From the NCBI GenBank assembly GCA_963700635.1, contig CAVOYH010000003.1, positions 416,001-480,000 of the forward strand: a stretch of 64,000 nucleotides of DNA, read 5' to 3'. The stretch is from an uncultured Bacteroidota bacterium. Its GTDB lineage: Bacteria; Bacteroidota; Ignavibacteria; UBA10030; UBA6906. Every line of letters starts with the position of its first letter. Position 1 is the first letter of the stretch. This document shows, one piece after another, positions 19,870-30,225 of the stretch. Position numbers and translations under genes: made by a program. Below the pieces are notes generated by a model. That model was given only the letters and a program-made list of their open reading frames with translations. It ran no database searches and was not told where the DNA came from.

Positions 19870-21410
19870 CGTTTTTCCTTTCGCCCGCCCTCAGGAGGAC
19901 TGTCAGGTGCCGCACGCTCGTTTTCCTCTTCTGCTTTTTCCACGATCCGACGCAACATTCCGCCGAACACCAGCTGATGCAACGGATACATCATGTACCA
20001 GTAGACGAGTCCAAACAACCCCACCGGATCGAATATTGCTGTTTGACGGATCACCGCGGAAGTGTTGTCTCCAACAACTTCGAATTCCAGCCATGCTCGT
20101 CCGGGCAGTTTCATCTCGGCCACAAGCCGCAGGAGGCGGGATTGTTCAAACGCTTCAACCCGCCAGAAGTCTACAGTGTCTCCGACCCGAAGGTTTTGCA
20201 CAGTCGGACGCCCCCGCCGCATTCCGACGCCTCCGACGAGCAGATCGATAAATCCCCGAAGCTGCCAGAGCCGATTCCATGCGTACCAGCCCGTGTCGCC
20301 CCCGATCCGTTGGATCGGAGTGAACGCTTGCGTGGGAGTCATTGACACATGAGCCGTTCGCGAATCAACGAGTCGGGTTCCGAATCGAATACCTCCCCAG
20401 GAACGCACGTCGCCCGATGAAGACAGAGCATCGGACCAACGGGTTGCGGCAAATTCTTTGTCTTCGTTGGTGAGTGCGTGACGGATGGCGTCCTCGATTC
20501 CCATCGGGCGGACGCTGAACACACTGAGCGCAGCAGTATCCCGAACCACCGTGGAATGAACAATACTCTCAATCAGGGTGCGGCCGATACGGGCATACAG
20601 GGGTGTGACCAGCCCCAGCCACAAACTGGAGAGGAATGGTGTGAGCGCGGGCACCGGAATCATCCGGAGCCGCATTCCCCGGGCGCGAGCATAGGTACGC
20701 ATGATATCGGCGTACGACACCTGGTCAGATCCGCCAATCTCGTACACGCGGTAGTCGGGAACGGGCAGATGCACTGCCGCGGTCAGATACGCGATCAGGT
20801 CCTCGACAGCAATCGGCTGTGCCGGCATGGAGACCCACCGGGGTGTGATCATCACCGGCAATCGTTCCACCAGTGAACGGATCATTTCAAATGACAGGCT
20901 TCCTGACCCGATCACAATCGACGCGCGGAACTCCAGGACGGCCACTCCCGACTGGCGCAGGATGTGTCCCACTTCCTGCCGGCTACGAAGGTGCGGCGAG
21001 AGGTCCTGCGTATCATCCCCCAGTCCCCCGAGGTAAATGATACGCTCGACGCCTGCCGCCTTTGCCGCTTCCGCGAAATTATGCGCAGCACGCCGGTCGT
21101 TCTCTTCAAATGACCCCGTGGCACCCATGGAGTGAATAAGGTAGTACGCCACGCGCACGCCACGCAGAACAGGATCGAGACTGTGCCGGTCGAGCACATC
21201 ACCCGGAACAACTTCGGTTGATGGACTGACTTTGGGTCTGAGAAACTCAGGCCGGCGAGCGAGGCAGCGCACACGACATCCCTTCTGCTCCAACGATTGC
21301 AGAAGTCGTCCACCGACATACCCCGAAGCACCCGTGAGAAGTATAAGGGGAGAGTCGGAATCAGGAGTGACGGGCGCGTTTGTGGATTCGCTGTTCGATT
21401 GTGGGTTCAT
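19866..21410 (-). CDS. NAD(P)-binding SDR-like protein with DUF2867 (YbjT-like)
   Basis: TGASGYVG, SPHLRSR, GSGSLSFE, DFWRV and AEMKLPGRAWLEF motifs. Confidence 0.88.
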   Translation of the reverse strand: MNPQSNSESTNAPVTPDSDSPLILLTGASGYVGGRLLQSLEQKGCRVRCLARRPEFLRPKVSPSTEVVPGDVLDRHSLDPVLRGVRVAYYLIHSMGATGSFEENDRRAAHNFAEAAKAAGVERIIYLGGLGDDTQDLSPHLRSRQEVGHILRQSGVAVLEFRASIVIGSGSLSFEMIRSLVERLPVMITPRWVSMPAQPIAVEDLIAYLTAAVHLPVPDYRVYEIGGSDQVSYADIMRTYARARGMRLRMIPVPALTPFLSSLWLGLVTPLYARIGRTLIESIVHSTVVRDTAALSVFSVRPMGIEDAIRHALTNEDKEFAATRWSDALSSSGDVRSWGGIRFGTRLVDSRTAHVSMTPTQAFTPIQRIGGDTGWYAWNRLWQLRGFIDLLVGGVGMRRGRPTVQNLRVGDTVDFWRVEAFEQSRLLRLVAEMKLPGRAWLEFEVVGDNTSAVIRQTAIFDPVGLFGLVYWYMMYPLHQLVFGGMLRRIVEKAEEENERAAPDSPPEGGRKEKR

Positions 21411-21434
21411 GCAGCTATCAGCGCTGGTAAGCGA

Positions 21435-22853
21435 TTACTTCTGTTGTTTGTCATCCGGGGGAGGGTCATCGTGAAAACTGTCGGATATCGATGCACCATG
21501 TTGAATTCTGTAGACTATCCGTTCGATTCTCTTGACAAAGGACAACACCCTGCCGATAAATCCTTTCTGTCTGAAGTTTAATGTTGTTTGTATGTCCTCG
21601 ATCTCCTTGCCGAGTTCTGCCTGAAGCGAAGGCGATTTCGTAATGGAAAGTACTTGCGAGGGATACACGCTCCTGTGTCCTGAAATGAGAAAACTGACCA
21701 CACACGCCAGCGTTGCATACGGCGCGACGGCAGGGCCAAAGAGCTCAACAGCAAGAATACTTGCGGCAATGGGGGTGTTGGTTGCGCCGGCGAGGACGCT
21801 TACCAGACCGATCGCCGCGAACGTTGAAGGACTCAGGCTGAGGAGATGAGCAAACGTCACCCCGGCTGTCGACCCGACAAAGAAAATGGGCGTGACGATC
21901 CCGCCACTCCCTCCAAAGTTGAGTGTGAGAGCTGTAAAGAGTGGTTTAACGAGAAAAGCATACCAGTCCGTATCTCCTCCTCTGAGACTTGATTCGACAG
22001 TCTCCAGGCCAAGACCCAGGTAGCGGGTTGAAAAGATATACGTCAGGCCAATCAGGGCTATCCCGCCGAATATGCCTTTGATCGGTGACCAGACCCGGAT
22101 TCGGGCTGCCAACCGTTCCCCCCACTTGAGCATTTCGATGAGAAAGATCGAGCAGAGCCCGAAGAACAGTCCCGCGAGAAGAACCTTAACGAGAAACATC
22201 TCCGTAAAATCCGGGACGACGGTGACGGGTTGATGGAAATACATAACCCCGAGAGAGCTTGACACCTGGTACGCAGTGATTCCGGCGATAAACGAGGGCA
22301 ACAAGACGTCATACATAATCGCCCCCACAAACAGGACTTCAACCCCGAAGATTGATCCGGCGATCGGCGTTCCAAAAACTGAAGCAAACCCTGCACTGAT
22401 TCCACAGATTACCATCTTCTTGCGGTCATGATCGTCAAACCTGAGCAGGTCGCTGAACAGTGACGTTAAACCGGCCCCAATCTGCGCGCAGGGCCCCTCC
22501 TTGCCTGCTGAACCTCCCAGCGCGAGAGTGATTACGGTTGCAACAAGTTTCACCGGCACGACCAGAACGGGAATTTTCCCGGCCCGCTTGTGTATCGCTT
22601 CGATTACCTTTTCCGTGCCGTGCCCCCCCGCGTCGGGGGCGAGGTATTTGATCAGGAGCGCACTGATGAAGAGGGAAGCCGGCAGCAACCAGAAAAAGTT
22701 CGGGAACTGTGCGCTGAGGCCCGTGCTCCAGGTTAACAGTTTGAGAAACAGGGCGACGGCTCCGCCCACGATGGCCCCTGCCACTGACGCGAGGATTGCC
22801 CATTTCACAACGCTGATGAAGAGAATCGTCGATTCTGCAATCGACTTCTTCAT
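21435..22853 (-). CDS. CLC-family anion channel/transporter
   Basis: GGSAGKEGP, FGTPIAG, GGIVTP and GATNTP; many transmembrane helices. Confidence 0.9.
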   Translation of the reverse strand: MKKSIAESTILFISVVKWAILASVAGAIVGGAVALFLKLLTWSTGLSAQFPNFFWLLPASLFISALLIKYLAPDAGGHGTEKVIEAIHKRAGKIPVLVVPVKLVATVITLALGGSAGKEGPCAQIGAGLTSLFSDLLRFDDHDRKKMVICGISAGFASVFGTPIAGSIFGVEVLFVGAIMYDVLLPSFIAGITAYQVSSSLGVMYFHQPVTVVPDFTEMFLVKVLLAGLFFGLCSIFLIEMLKWGERLAARIRVWSPIKGIFGGIALIGLTYIFSTRYLGLGLETVESSLRGGDTDWYAFLVKPLFTALTLNFGGSGGIVTPIFFVGSTAGVTFAHLLSLSPSTFAAIGLVSVLAGATNTPIAASILAVELFGPAVAPYATLACVVSFLISGHRSVYPSQVLSITKSPSLQAELGKEIEDIQTTLNFRQKGFIGRVLSFVKRIERIVYRIQHGASISDSFHDDPPPDDKQQK

Positions 22854-22876
22854 AACAGTCCTTTTATCCGGCATCC

Positions 22877-23434
22877 TCACAGGACACCTCCGCTCCCTTC
22901 GTCAATAAAATAAAGACGGCTGTCCTCGATCCGAAATAGCAGTGGAGCGACCACGATACTTGGATACCGCAGCCGCAGGCGTTTCACCTCGCTCAAGGTG
23001 AAATCAACCTCGTTTCCAATTTCGAACATCGGGGCGAAGTGAAAAAAATGATCCTCAGCCTGTTGCTGCGACCATCCCGCGCTCTCGACCAATCCGTTAA
23101 CGAATTGTTCTTTCCGTGCAATCAGGTTGACCATGCCGCATTGGTTGTGGCCGATCAGCGCAATCGCATGAACACCTCCCACCGCCACAGCATACGATAC
23201 CTTGAATTCGCTATACCGCAGGTTAGCGCCCCCGGCCCGTATGATAAACGCAAAATTGTCGGGTATATGGAGGTGTTTCCTGTTATCCATACACATCCCG
23301 ATGAGCAATTGAGCGTTTGTGTACGTTTCAACTTTTCTGTTCAGATTTTGATATTCAAGCAACAGCCCAACAGGATTGTCCCGGTACTGCGGGGGAATAT
23401 CAGCCTTGGTGTTTATCTCCATCAATCGATGCAT
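22877..23434 (-). CDS. Beta-class carbonic anhydrase
   Basis: Zn ligands CMDNR and GHNQCG; IRAGG. Confidence 0.85.
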   Translation of the reverse strand: MHRLMEINTKADIPPQYRDNPVGLLLEYQNLNRKVETYTNAQLLIGMCMDNRKHLHIPDNFAFIIRAGGANLRYSEFKVSYAVAVGGVHAIALIGHNQCGMVNLIARKEQFVNGLVESAGWSQQQAEDHFFHFAPMFEIGNEVDFTLSEVKRLRLRYPSIVVAPLLFRIEDSRLYFIDEGSGGVL

Positions 23435-23499
23435 TCGATCGTCCTCCGTTTTACTTCTTCAAGAATCGAACCTGAGAGCGCCGGGAACCAGCCAGCGTA

Positions 23500-23872
23500 A
23501 CGATGTGCCTTTCATGCGGTCTTCTCTTCTATCCATCGGATCATGACATCAAGGGCCATACCGACGTACCACTCATGGATCGTTCCCTCTTGTATAGAAT
23601 TCAGCAGCGCGGTAGTAGAAAGCCGCATTCACGGATCGCCCTTCTCGAACGGCCTTGTCCGCAAGCTTGAGCATTTCTCTCTTCCAATCCTCGAAATCTG
23701 TCACCCGCGATCCCGCCTCGACCATATCCTCGAATCTGGTGTACCCGAGGGAATACCAGCGATTGAGTTGAAAATTGAAGAGCTGTTTCCTGTGGAACCT
23801 GTGATAACCGATGGGAAAGAAAAACCGCGCAGTGCTTGTGTCATGTCCTGCTGGGATTCCCTGTTCGTTCAT
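23500..23872 (-). pseudogene. Alpha/beta hydrolase remnant with large internal deletion
   Basis: N-terminal GYHRFH..FNFQLNR...YYRAAEFY stops at 99 aa; a C-terminus-like VGMALDVMIRWIEK follows immediately in another frame. Confidence 0.6.
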
Positions 23873-24699
23873 TAGAGTTGTTTTCCACAGTACTTGCAGT
23901 GTACGGCATCCTCATCGTGCTTGTCAGCGCTGCAGCCACGACAGGCCCTGATGGCTCCTCTTGATTTGAACACCTGCGACATTTCCACCGTGACGATGCC
24001 GGTCGGGACAGCGATAATGCCGTATCCCATAATCATGATGACGACGGAAAGGAGTTGTCCCAGGACGGTCTGGGGTGTGATGTCCCCGTACCCGACTGTC
24101 GTGAGCGTTACAATTGCCCAGTAGATGCTCTTGGGGATGCTGGTGAAGCCATTCCCCTCTCCTTCGATAAGATACATGAGCGATCCAAGGATCGTCACAA
24201 GCGTAAGGACGGTGAAGATGAAAATGGTGATCTTCCGCCGGCTTGCGCGGAGAGCCTGAACGAGGATTCTGCTCTCTCCGACATACTGCACCAGCTTGAG
24301 CACGCGGAAGACCCTGAGGATACGCAGGAGCCGGATAACGAGCAGATACTGCCCGCCCGGGTAGAGAAGGCTGATGTATGTCGGCAGGATTGCAAGAAGA
24401 TCCACAACGCCAAAAAAACTTCTTGCATAGAGCATGGGCCGGGTGACGGCAAAAAGACGGAGCAGATACTCAAACGTAAACAGGATGGTAAAGAACCATT
24501 CGGCATACATCAACCATTGTCCGTACTGCGCCCGAACAGGTTGCACGCTGTCCAGCATGACAGCGGCCACGCTCAGCCCGATGAAGACGATCAGGACAAT
24601 GTCGAAGCGTCTTCCCATCGGCGTATCAGCTTCAAAAATGACCTCGTGGAGCTTACGGCGCCAGGTGGAAAACGTACCACGCGAGTCTTGAATGGTCAT
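23872..24699 (-). CDS. Voltage-gated potassium channel (ion transporter)
   Basis: S4 segment RLLRILRVFRVLKL; selectivity filter TTVGYGD. Confidence 0.93.
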   Translation of the reverse strand: MTIQDSRGTFSTWRRKLHEVIFEADTPMGRRFDIVLIVFIGLSVAAVMLDSVQPVRAQYGQWLMYAEWFFTILFTFEYLLRLFAVTRPMLYARSFFGVVDLLAILPTYISLLYPGGQYLLVIRLLRILRVFRVLKLVQYVGESRILVQALRASRRKITIFIFTVLTLVTILGSLMYLIEGEGNGFTSIPKSIYWAIVTLTTVGYGDITPQTVLGQLLSVVIMIMGYGIIAVPTGIVTVEMSQVFKSRGAIRACRGCSADKHDEDAVHCKYCGKQL

Positions 24700-24834
24700 G
24701 TCTCGAGAAAACCTCTTGAAGGGAGCTTTAAAGTACGCAACATGCTACTCACTGTCAAAACACCTGTCCTGCAAACCGGGGTATCCCCAACCGAGAACCG
24801 GCCGAGTCCCGCTGACTGATTCGCTTCCCAGGTT

Positions 24835-25524
24835 TTACGTTTGATCACCGCGGCCGTTCGATGCCGTTCTGGCGAGTCGTGCGATATCCACATTCTCCAG
24901 TATCGGTTTTGAATACCCAAATAGGGTTGCATGTATCATTGCAGTCCCGAGATCTTCTGCTGTGCACACAGCCCGCGGGAACAGGGCTTTCCAGATCGGA
25001 TACGGCCACGCCACTACTTTGAAAATCGGATGTACATTCTTCTGACCCCGGGTCGGTTTAATAAGTCCCGGCCGGAATGCATATATCCCCTTGAACGGGA
25101 GTCTCCTCAGGTGATTTTCGGTCCTTCCTTTTACTCTCGCCCACATGAGACGACCCCTTTCCGTACTGTCTGTACCTGTTCCCGACACGTAGCAAAATGT
25201 CATTGCGGGATTCAGTCGCGACAATGTCGCTGCCGCATGCATCGTGAGATCATACGTGATCCGGGTGTATTCGGGCTCACTCTTGCCGACGGACGAGACA
25301 CCCAGACAGAAAAAGCATGCATCGTAACCCCTGAGGTGGGCTTCAATTCCGGACAAATCGAAGAAATCCTGATGCATCAATTCCTTCAACCCGGGATCCT
25401 CCGCCAGGCACGGCTTTCTGCCGACAACCAGGACCGATTCTACCGCGGGATGCTTGAGAGTTTCGAAAAGCACTCCCTCTCCGACCATGCCTGAAGCTCC
25501 GAATACGATTACCTTTATCTTCAT
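24835..25524 (-). CDS. NAD-dependent epimerase/dehydratase-like protein
   Basis: FGASGMVG, YDACFFCLGVSS and MWARVKG.TEN motifs. Confidence 0.85.
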   Translation of the reverse strand: MKIKVIVFGASGMVGEGVLFETLKHPAVESVLVVGRKPCLAEDPGLKELMHQDFFDLSGIEAHLRGYDACFFCLGVSSVGKSEPEYTRITYDLTMHAAATLSRLNPAMTFCYVSGTGTDSTERGRLMWARVKGRTENHLRRLPFKGIYAFRPGLIKPTRGQKNVHPIFKVVAWPYPIWKALFPRAVCTAEDLGTAMIHATLFGYSKPILENVDIARLARTASNGRGDQT

Positions 25525-25584
25525 TGTCTCACCATGGTTCAATACGATCGGTGGAACATGCCGAGAGGAGATTAGGGACACACT

Positions 25585-25937
25585 CTATACTAAGAGTTGT
25601 CGTGTCCTCTGGCAAGAGTGATGGTACCGGACAGGATCGTCTTCAACCTTGGATTCCTCTCCTACGATCCTCATAACATATGTACCGTTGTACTCATGGT
25701 AGCCCACTTCCACCCAGAGCTCTTTTCCCGGTTTGGTGACTTTTCCGGTTACCTGACGGGCATATTTCTCCTCGCTTGTGCAGACCTTCTCTATTGCCTC
25801 TCTTGTTCCCTCAATGAGAACGGTGCCGCCCATATTCTTGATGGCATTGGAAGTGTCCTTGAACTCTCCATCCTGGCTCCGGCGACCACGGGTACCATCA
25901 AGGAACCGACAATGCAGAACATCACCATGCTTCTCAT
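25585..25937 (-). pseudogene. Frameshifted and deleted exported-protein remnant (possibly the N-terminal region of an OmpA-family protein)
   Basis: GGAGG then ATG at 25937 encoding signal peptide MRSMVMFCIVGSLMVPVVAGA; the mature-like QDGEFKD...KELWVEV is one base out of frame. Confidence 0.45.
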
Positions 25938-26013
25938 CGTATCCTCCATAGTGTGAAGTGGCGTGGTTCTTCAGCAAGGTGACCTGTTATGGAAAGCTGT
26001 AGATGCCCCCGGG

Positions 26014-27153
26014 CTAAGACTTTACTACATCATTCACCGCCCGGCGCGCAGAATGTGGTGTCGGTGTGGAACGGCCAAGCCGGAAGAGCATCTGCGGTTT
26101 TTCGTTCTTGATGTTCACAGCAGTAATAAACTGGGATTGCACCGAGTCAATTTCCATAATTTGACTCATCGGATGCAGAGATAACCCCATTCGGGTGGCG
26201 GTCAGGAACAGGCGTGCGAAATGGCGTCCCACCATAATCTCATCCGCTCTTGTTGTCCCGCGGCTGCAAAGAAGTCCGATTGCCTGGGAACTGAACGCAC
26301 CCTCCCGTATTGACTCGACCGTTCGTTGCAGGAACGACTCGTCGAAGGCAGAGCTGCGGCCGGTAAACATCCGGGCAAAAAACAGTTTCACACCGGTAAT
26401 ACCGAGGTTCGGAAAACTGATACCATCACGGTGTTGTTCAACCTCTTCGTCAGTGAATCGTAGCATTTCGACTGTCTCGGCATGCATTGCACGGTTGTAA
26501 GTTTCAATACGCATGGCCTCTGTCATCATTTCTGCAACACTGACAATGAGCGCCGGATCGGTGAACACCTGAAGCGGAAAATCCGCGTCCTCGTATGATC
26601 CGTGAAGCATCGTAAGTTCTGCGTCCGTGAGATGCGGTCCCGCATATACACGACGGTTGGTGTGGCGTTTGAGGATGAAACCGAAGAGCGCATCCTCCCG
26701 GACTTCTTTGTGTTCTGTCAAAGCAATGTGGGCAACGGGATTCTGCCCGATGTTTTCCAGTGGATCCACACCATGAGGAAACAGCGTAATATCGGCTTTC
26801 AGTCCAAAATGAGTTGCGGCGATGGAGAGGGTTTCGAGAAATGCGCCCTGGCTGATCATGATCTGCCGCGCCGGCGGGTCTGTGTGAGGAAGCAAACGAC
26901 CGGGGTCAACATACAACTCTATGCCGTCTCCGCGGAGATCTACAATCCATGGTTGTTTGTTGTGAGAATTTGGCGCAAGCATAGCGTACGACACAAGTAT
27001 GAGCCGGATGTCCGTGTTCTCCGGCAGACTGGAGGGACCGTTCCAGGGAGCGAGAGCATCAAGGGGTTGATCAGCGCAACCCGTGATCGGGGAGGGCAGT
27101 AGTACACTGACACCCCCTGCCCCGAGAATTTTCACAAAGTCCCTTCGGTCCAT
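26014..27153 (-). CDS. Tat-exported Acg-family FMN nitroreductase-like protein
   Basis: MDRRDFVK twin-arginine signal; LAPNSHNKQPW, RHTNR and HPMSQ motifs. Confidence 0.85.
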   Translation of the reverse strand: MDRRDFVKILGAGGVSVLLPSPITGCADQPLDALAPWNGPSSLPENTDIRLILVSYAMLAPNSHNKQPWIVDLRGDGIELYVDPGRLLPHTDPPARQIMISQGAFLETLSIAATHFGLKADITLFPHGVDPLENIGQNPVAHIALTEHKEVREDALFGFILKRHTNRRVYAGPHLTDAELTMLHGSYEDADFPLQVFTDPALIVSVAEMMTEAMRIETYNRAMHAETVEMLRFTDEEVEQHRDGISFPNLGITGVKLFFARMFTGRSSAFDESFLQRTVESIREGAFSSQAIGLLCSRGTTRADEIMVGRHFARLFLTATRMGLSLHPMSQIMEIDSVQSQFITAVNIKNEKPQMLFRLGRSTPTPHSARRAVNDVVKS

Positions 27154-27457
27154 ATATCACCTCATTGTTCTGTGCACACCATGATTACCCGATCAGCGAC
27201 CATCCCGCACGTCCCGGAACGTCCAGAACGAGGATTCGGACCCGGTGAGCCACCGGATGTTTGAGTTGAAGTGTGCTATTCATACGGTTTGCCCTGGGAA
27301 TGGTGTGCAAAGGTTCCGGGGTACGATGGTGCAAGCTCGGCTCCGTGGACTGCGAGCAAACGCTGCGTTTCGTTAGCGTTAAACGTCGCCATTCTCTCTC
27401 CTCGTTCATTCGGGAACTGTAAGGGATTCGCCGAATCAGGGACCCCCGGTGGCGGTG

Positions 27458-27952
27458 CTAGTCCGTGCGGAAGATTACCTGACCTGGCGCGCGAAGGAGT
27501 TGAGTCACTCCAGCACCGGACCTCACGCGAACGATCGCATCAACGGAAACGTCAGGCCCCCAGTACGGACCATTCCTGACAATCCGGCAAATCTGGTTGG
27601 GTCTTAATTCCCCCGGAGGCATCGTTTGTTTCTGAAGCCAGGCCTTCCAGATAGTATCTCCATAGACCAGCCACACAGCATCGGCAGATAGTGGTACGGT
27701 GAGCCTCGCTGTATCCGTCGCGGTAAGATAGAACACCCCTTGCAGCGGACGTCCATCAGGAGGACTGACAGGCATGAAGTCCCTCCAGAGGAATGTAGAA
27801 AGGGTAAAGTGCCTTCCATCGGCTCTTACCGTATCACGGGCCGCCAGAAGTTCTGCTCTGGGTATGTCCGGCGGCATCGGGGCTAATGGCTCACCGGCAT
27901 CGGAACAACCAACAGACCAGACGATCATAAGCACAACGGTGTATTTTTTCAT
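27458..27952 (-). CDS. Hypothetical lipoprotein
   Basis: MKK-hydrophobic-SVGC lipobox; LWRDFMP. Confidence 0.65.
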   Translation of the reverse strand: MKKYTVVLMIVWSVGCSDAGEPLAPMPPDIPRAELLAARDTVRADGRHFTLSTFLWRDFMPVSPPDGRPLQGVFYLTATDTARLTVPLSADAVWLVYGDTIWKAWLQKQTMPPGELRPNQICRIVRNGPYWGPDVSVDAIVRVRSGAGVTQLLRAPGQVIFRTD

Positions 27953-28144
27953 AGGCGCTCTGGTGAATCCCCTCATCTCATACCTCCTGGTTTCGCCGGT
28001 CCGTGAGTGTGGGGCTGACTTTGAATCACATGGAGACTCAATATTAGACGGACAACCGAGAATGTCAACATTTCCCACAACACCCCCGCCAGCCGCCAGG
28101 ATGGTCTTTCGGGCAGAACAGGATGGCAACCGAACACCTCGATT

Positions 28145-28930
28145 TTAGAGTACCAGTCTCTCATACTCGTACTTGACCATTTCGTGGCCGTATGTTCTCT
28201 CCAGACGGCGCACGGTGAAATGCCCCCTTGCCATGTTCTGGAAATGATCGATAAAGACGAGATTGATGATCGCCCCACCCGCAGCCCCGACCACGGGGAC
28301 CGCCTGAAGGGCCACTTTTTCTGAAACCTGAATCCCAAATCGTTCTGCGATCTGAATGACGAGCCGCACGAAGGGGGGAGCACCCTCCTTGGCGATTCCT
28401 CTCTCCGCAATGTACTGGGCTGCCTCTGATATCGCCTTTGCCAGCGCCGCCCGCACTGCAAAGTAGCCTGTCTCGGAAGCATCATCATGCGGTGCGCGTC
28501 CGCCCAGCGCAAACACTTCCAGGCATGCAAGTTGTGATCGCGTTTCTTTCAAGTCTTCCCCGTGGCTCCGCGCGATATCAGCAATTGATCGAAGCATGAT
28601 CGTGGTGGAGAGGGGGAGTTCGACAACCAGCGCAGGCAGACCGAAGGCGCCACCGCCGGCCCCGGTCGCGACCGCAGCGATCTTGTGCAGGAAATCGCCC
28701 GAATTCCGATTCCTTGGAGTACCCATCGTGTGAAGAGCAACTGTAAGTGCAGCGTGGAGCGATTTCTGTGTGGCTTCGGTAACAACCTGCCGCAGTCTTT
28801 GCGGCAGCAACTCAATCCCCTTTTCGACTGGTTTGCCAAGCAGGTGTACCACTTTTGCGGCCAGACCCGGGTTTTCTAAGATCTGTTTTGCTCCACGAAG
28901 TTCTTGCAGGTCTTCAAACGACATCGGCAT
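28145..28930 (-). CDS. EcsC-family protein
   Basis: GAGGGAFG, ELPLSTTIMLRSIADIA and VPVVGAAGGA.IN motifs. Confidence 0.88.
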   Translation of the reverse strand: MPMSFEDLQELRGAKQILENPGLAAKVVHLLGKPVEKGIELLPQRLRQVVTEATQKSLHAALTVALHTMGTPRNRNSGDFLHKIAAVATGAGGGAFGLPALVVELPLSTTIMLRSIADIARSHGEDLKETRSQLACLEVFALGGRAPHDDASETGYFAVRAALAKAISEAAQYIAERGIAKEGAPPFVRLVIQIAERFGIQVSEKVALQAVPVVGAAGGAIINLVFIDHFQNMARGHFTVRRLERTYGHEMVKYEYERLVL

Positions 28931-28969
28931 ACACTCATCTCCATCCTCTACGCTGACCTCCCGCTCGAT

Positions 28970-30217
28970 TCACGGTGCGGCGGAAGAAGTGCCAGCAGAT
29001 CCGTTATTCAGAAATCTGCCCGTAAGTCTCTTGTGCCACTGTACGTCATTCCAGTTTTCGAACTGCGGTTGCACGTAGTTGTGCGGCGTCCACCCCCACA
29101 TCCTGTGTGCAATCGCACCATCGACACTCATTTCGGCCCACTCAAGCAGCCATTCCCAATCCAGATCGGGATGATCGACATAGTACCAGGTTGCCCATGA
29201 TTCGCTGGTCGTAAGCGGCATACCCTGGCGGCCGGCCCAGGAAGAAAAACTGGCAAGCTTGTGCTGCTGCTTCTGGAAGGTCATGGGCATTACCGCATTC
29301 CGGGCTTTTCGGCAACGGTCGCTGAATTCCCTGAACCATGTATCGTCGGTGTACATGCCGTGCGTCACCCACTCATCGAATTTTGTCCGGTTGATCCACC
29401 GTTGATCGGCGTCAAGATAAAAATGGACGTCCAGACAGTCAAAATGTAACGGCACGCTCAGCCATCTCTCATCACCATGGATCGAGGCCGTGAACCGTAA
29501 CTCGGGGAATTCTCTCTGCAACAGCCTCATCGCTCCATTAAGATCGTCTGAAAGGAACTCGATCTGCTCGGATGTGAACGGAAGCCCTTGGTCCCAGTCC
29601 AATCCTACCTTTTCCCTCAGAAGCTGTTTGTATCCTTTTAAAAAGAACGGCACTTCGTTGTGAATGTCAACATAGAGCAGCCGGTCAAACCCAAAAATCT
29701 TTTTCCATTGCAGGAGGAATTCTATCCAGATCTCGGCGGCTTCTCTGTGGTCCTGGGGGATACGTTTTACAGCCGGCGAAATCCCCCCCTTCCCGCACCA
29801 GTTTGTTTCATCGAACCACCAGGTGCTGAGCGTATAGGAGAGCTGCTTCTTCAGTACCGTGTGCATGAATTCGATCAGCCATTGACCGGCTGGACCGGTG
29901 CATGCCTGGCGGTTTCCCCAGGGAAAGAACGGACGCTGCGGGTCAGCCCATTGTAATGTCGTTTGCGGGCTCTCCAGGTCGATCAGATTCGGCAGCGGGT
30001 CAATGCGGACCGTATTGTATCCCCGCTCCGATGCTTCGTCCAGGACCTTTGTATAATCGGCGAAGGACTCGCCAGGGAGATGGCGGACGAGATAGGCCTG
30101 GTCCCACATCATAATCGTCAGGCGTGCGGGATCCAGCAATTTCCTGCAATCGAACTTCGTTTCAATGTCCGCACTTCTATAGTCTGTAGTACCCGTTACC
30201 TGCCGTGGAAAATCCAT
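28970..30217 (-). CDS. Cellulase-like (clan GH-A) putative glycoside hydrolase
   Basis: TIMMWD, ERGYNTVRID, HNEVP (putative acid/base) and TSESW (putative nucleophile). Confidence 0.65.
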   Translation of the reverse strand: MDFPRQVTGTTDYRSADIETKFDCRKLLDPARLTIMMWDQAYLVRHLPGESFADYTKVLDEASERGYNTVRIDPLPNLIDLESPQTTLQWADPQRPFFPWGNRQACTGPAGQWLIEFMHTVLKKQLSYTLSTWWFDETNWCGKGGISPAVKRIPQDHREAAEIWIEFLLQWKKIFGFDRLLYVDIHNEVPFFLKGYKQLLREKVGLDWDQGLPFTSEQIEFLSDDLNGAMRLLQREFPELRFTASIHGDERWLSVPLHFDCLDVHFYLDADQRWINRTKFDEWVTHGMYTDDTWFREFSDRCRKARNAVMPMTFQKQQHKLASFSSWAGRQGMPLTTSESWATWYYVDHPDLDWEWLLEWAEMSVDGAIAHRMWGWTPHNYVQPQFENWNDVQWHKRLTGRFLNNGSAGTSSAAP

Positions 30218-30225
30218 AATATCCT

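Noticed and set aside
23458-23474. Minus-strand TCAGG-TTCGATT-CTTGA hairpin resembling a tRNA T-arm
   Set aside because: No acceptor, D or anticodon arms could be built around it
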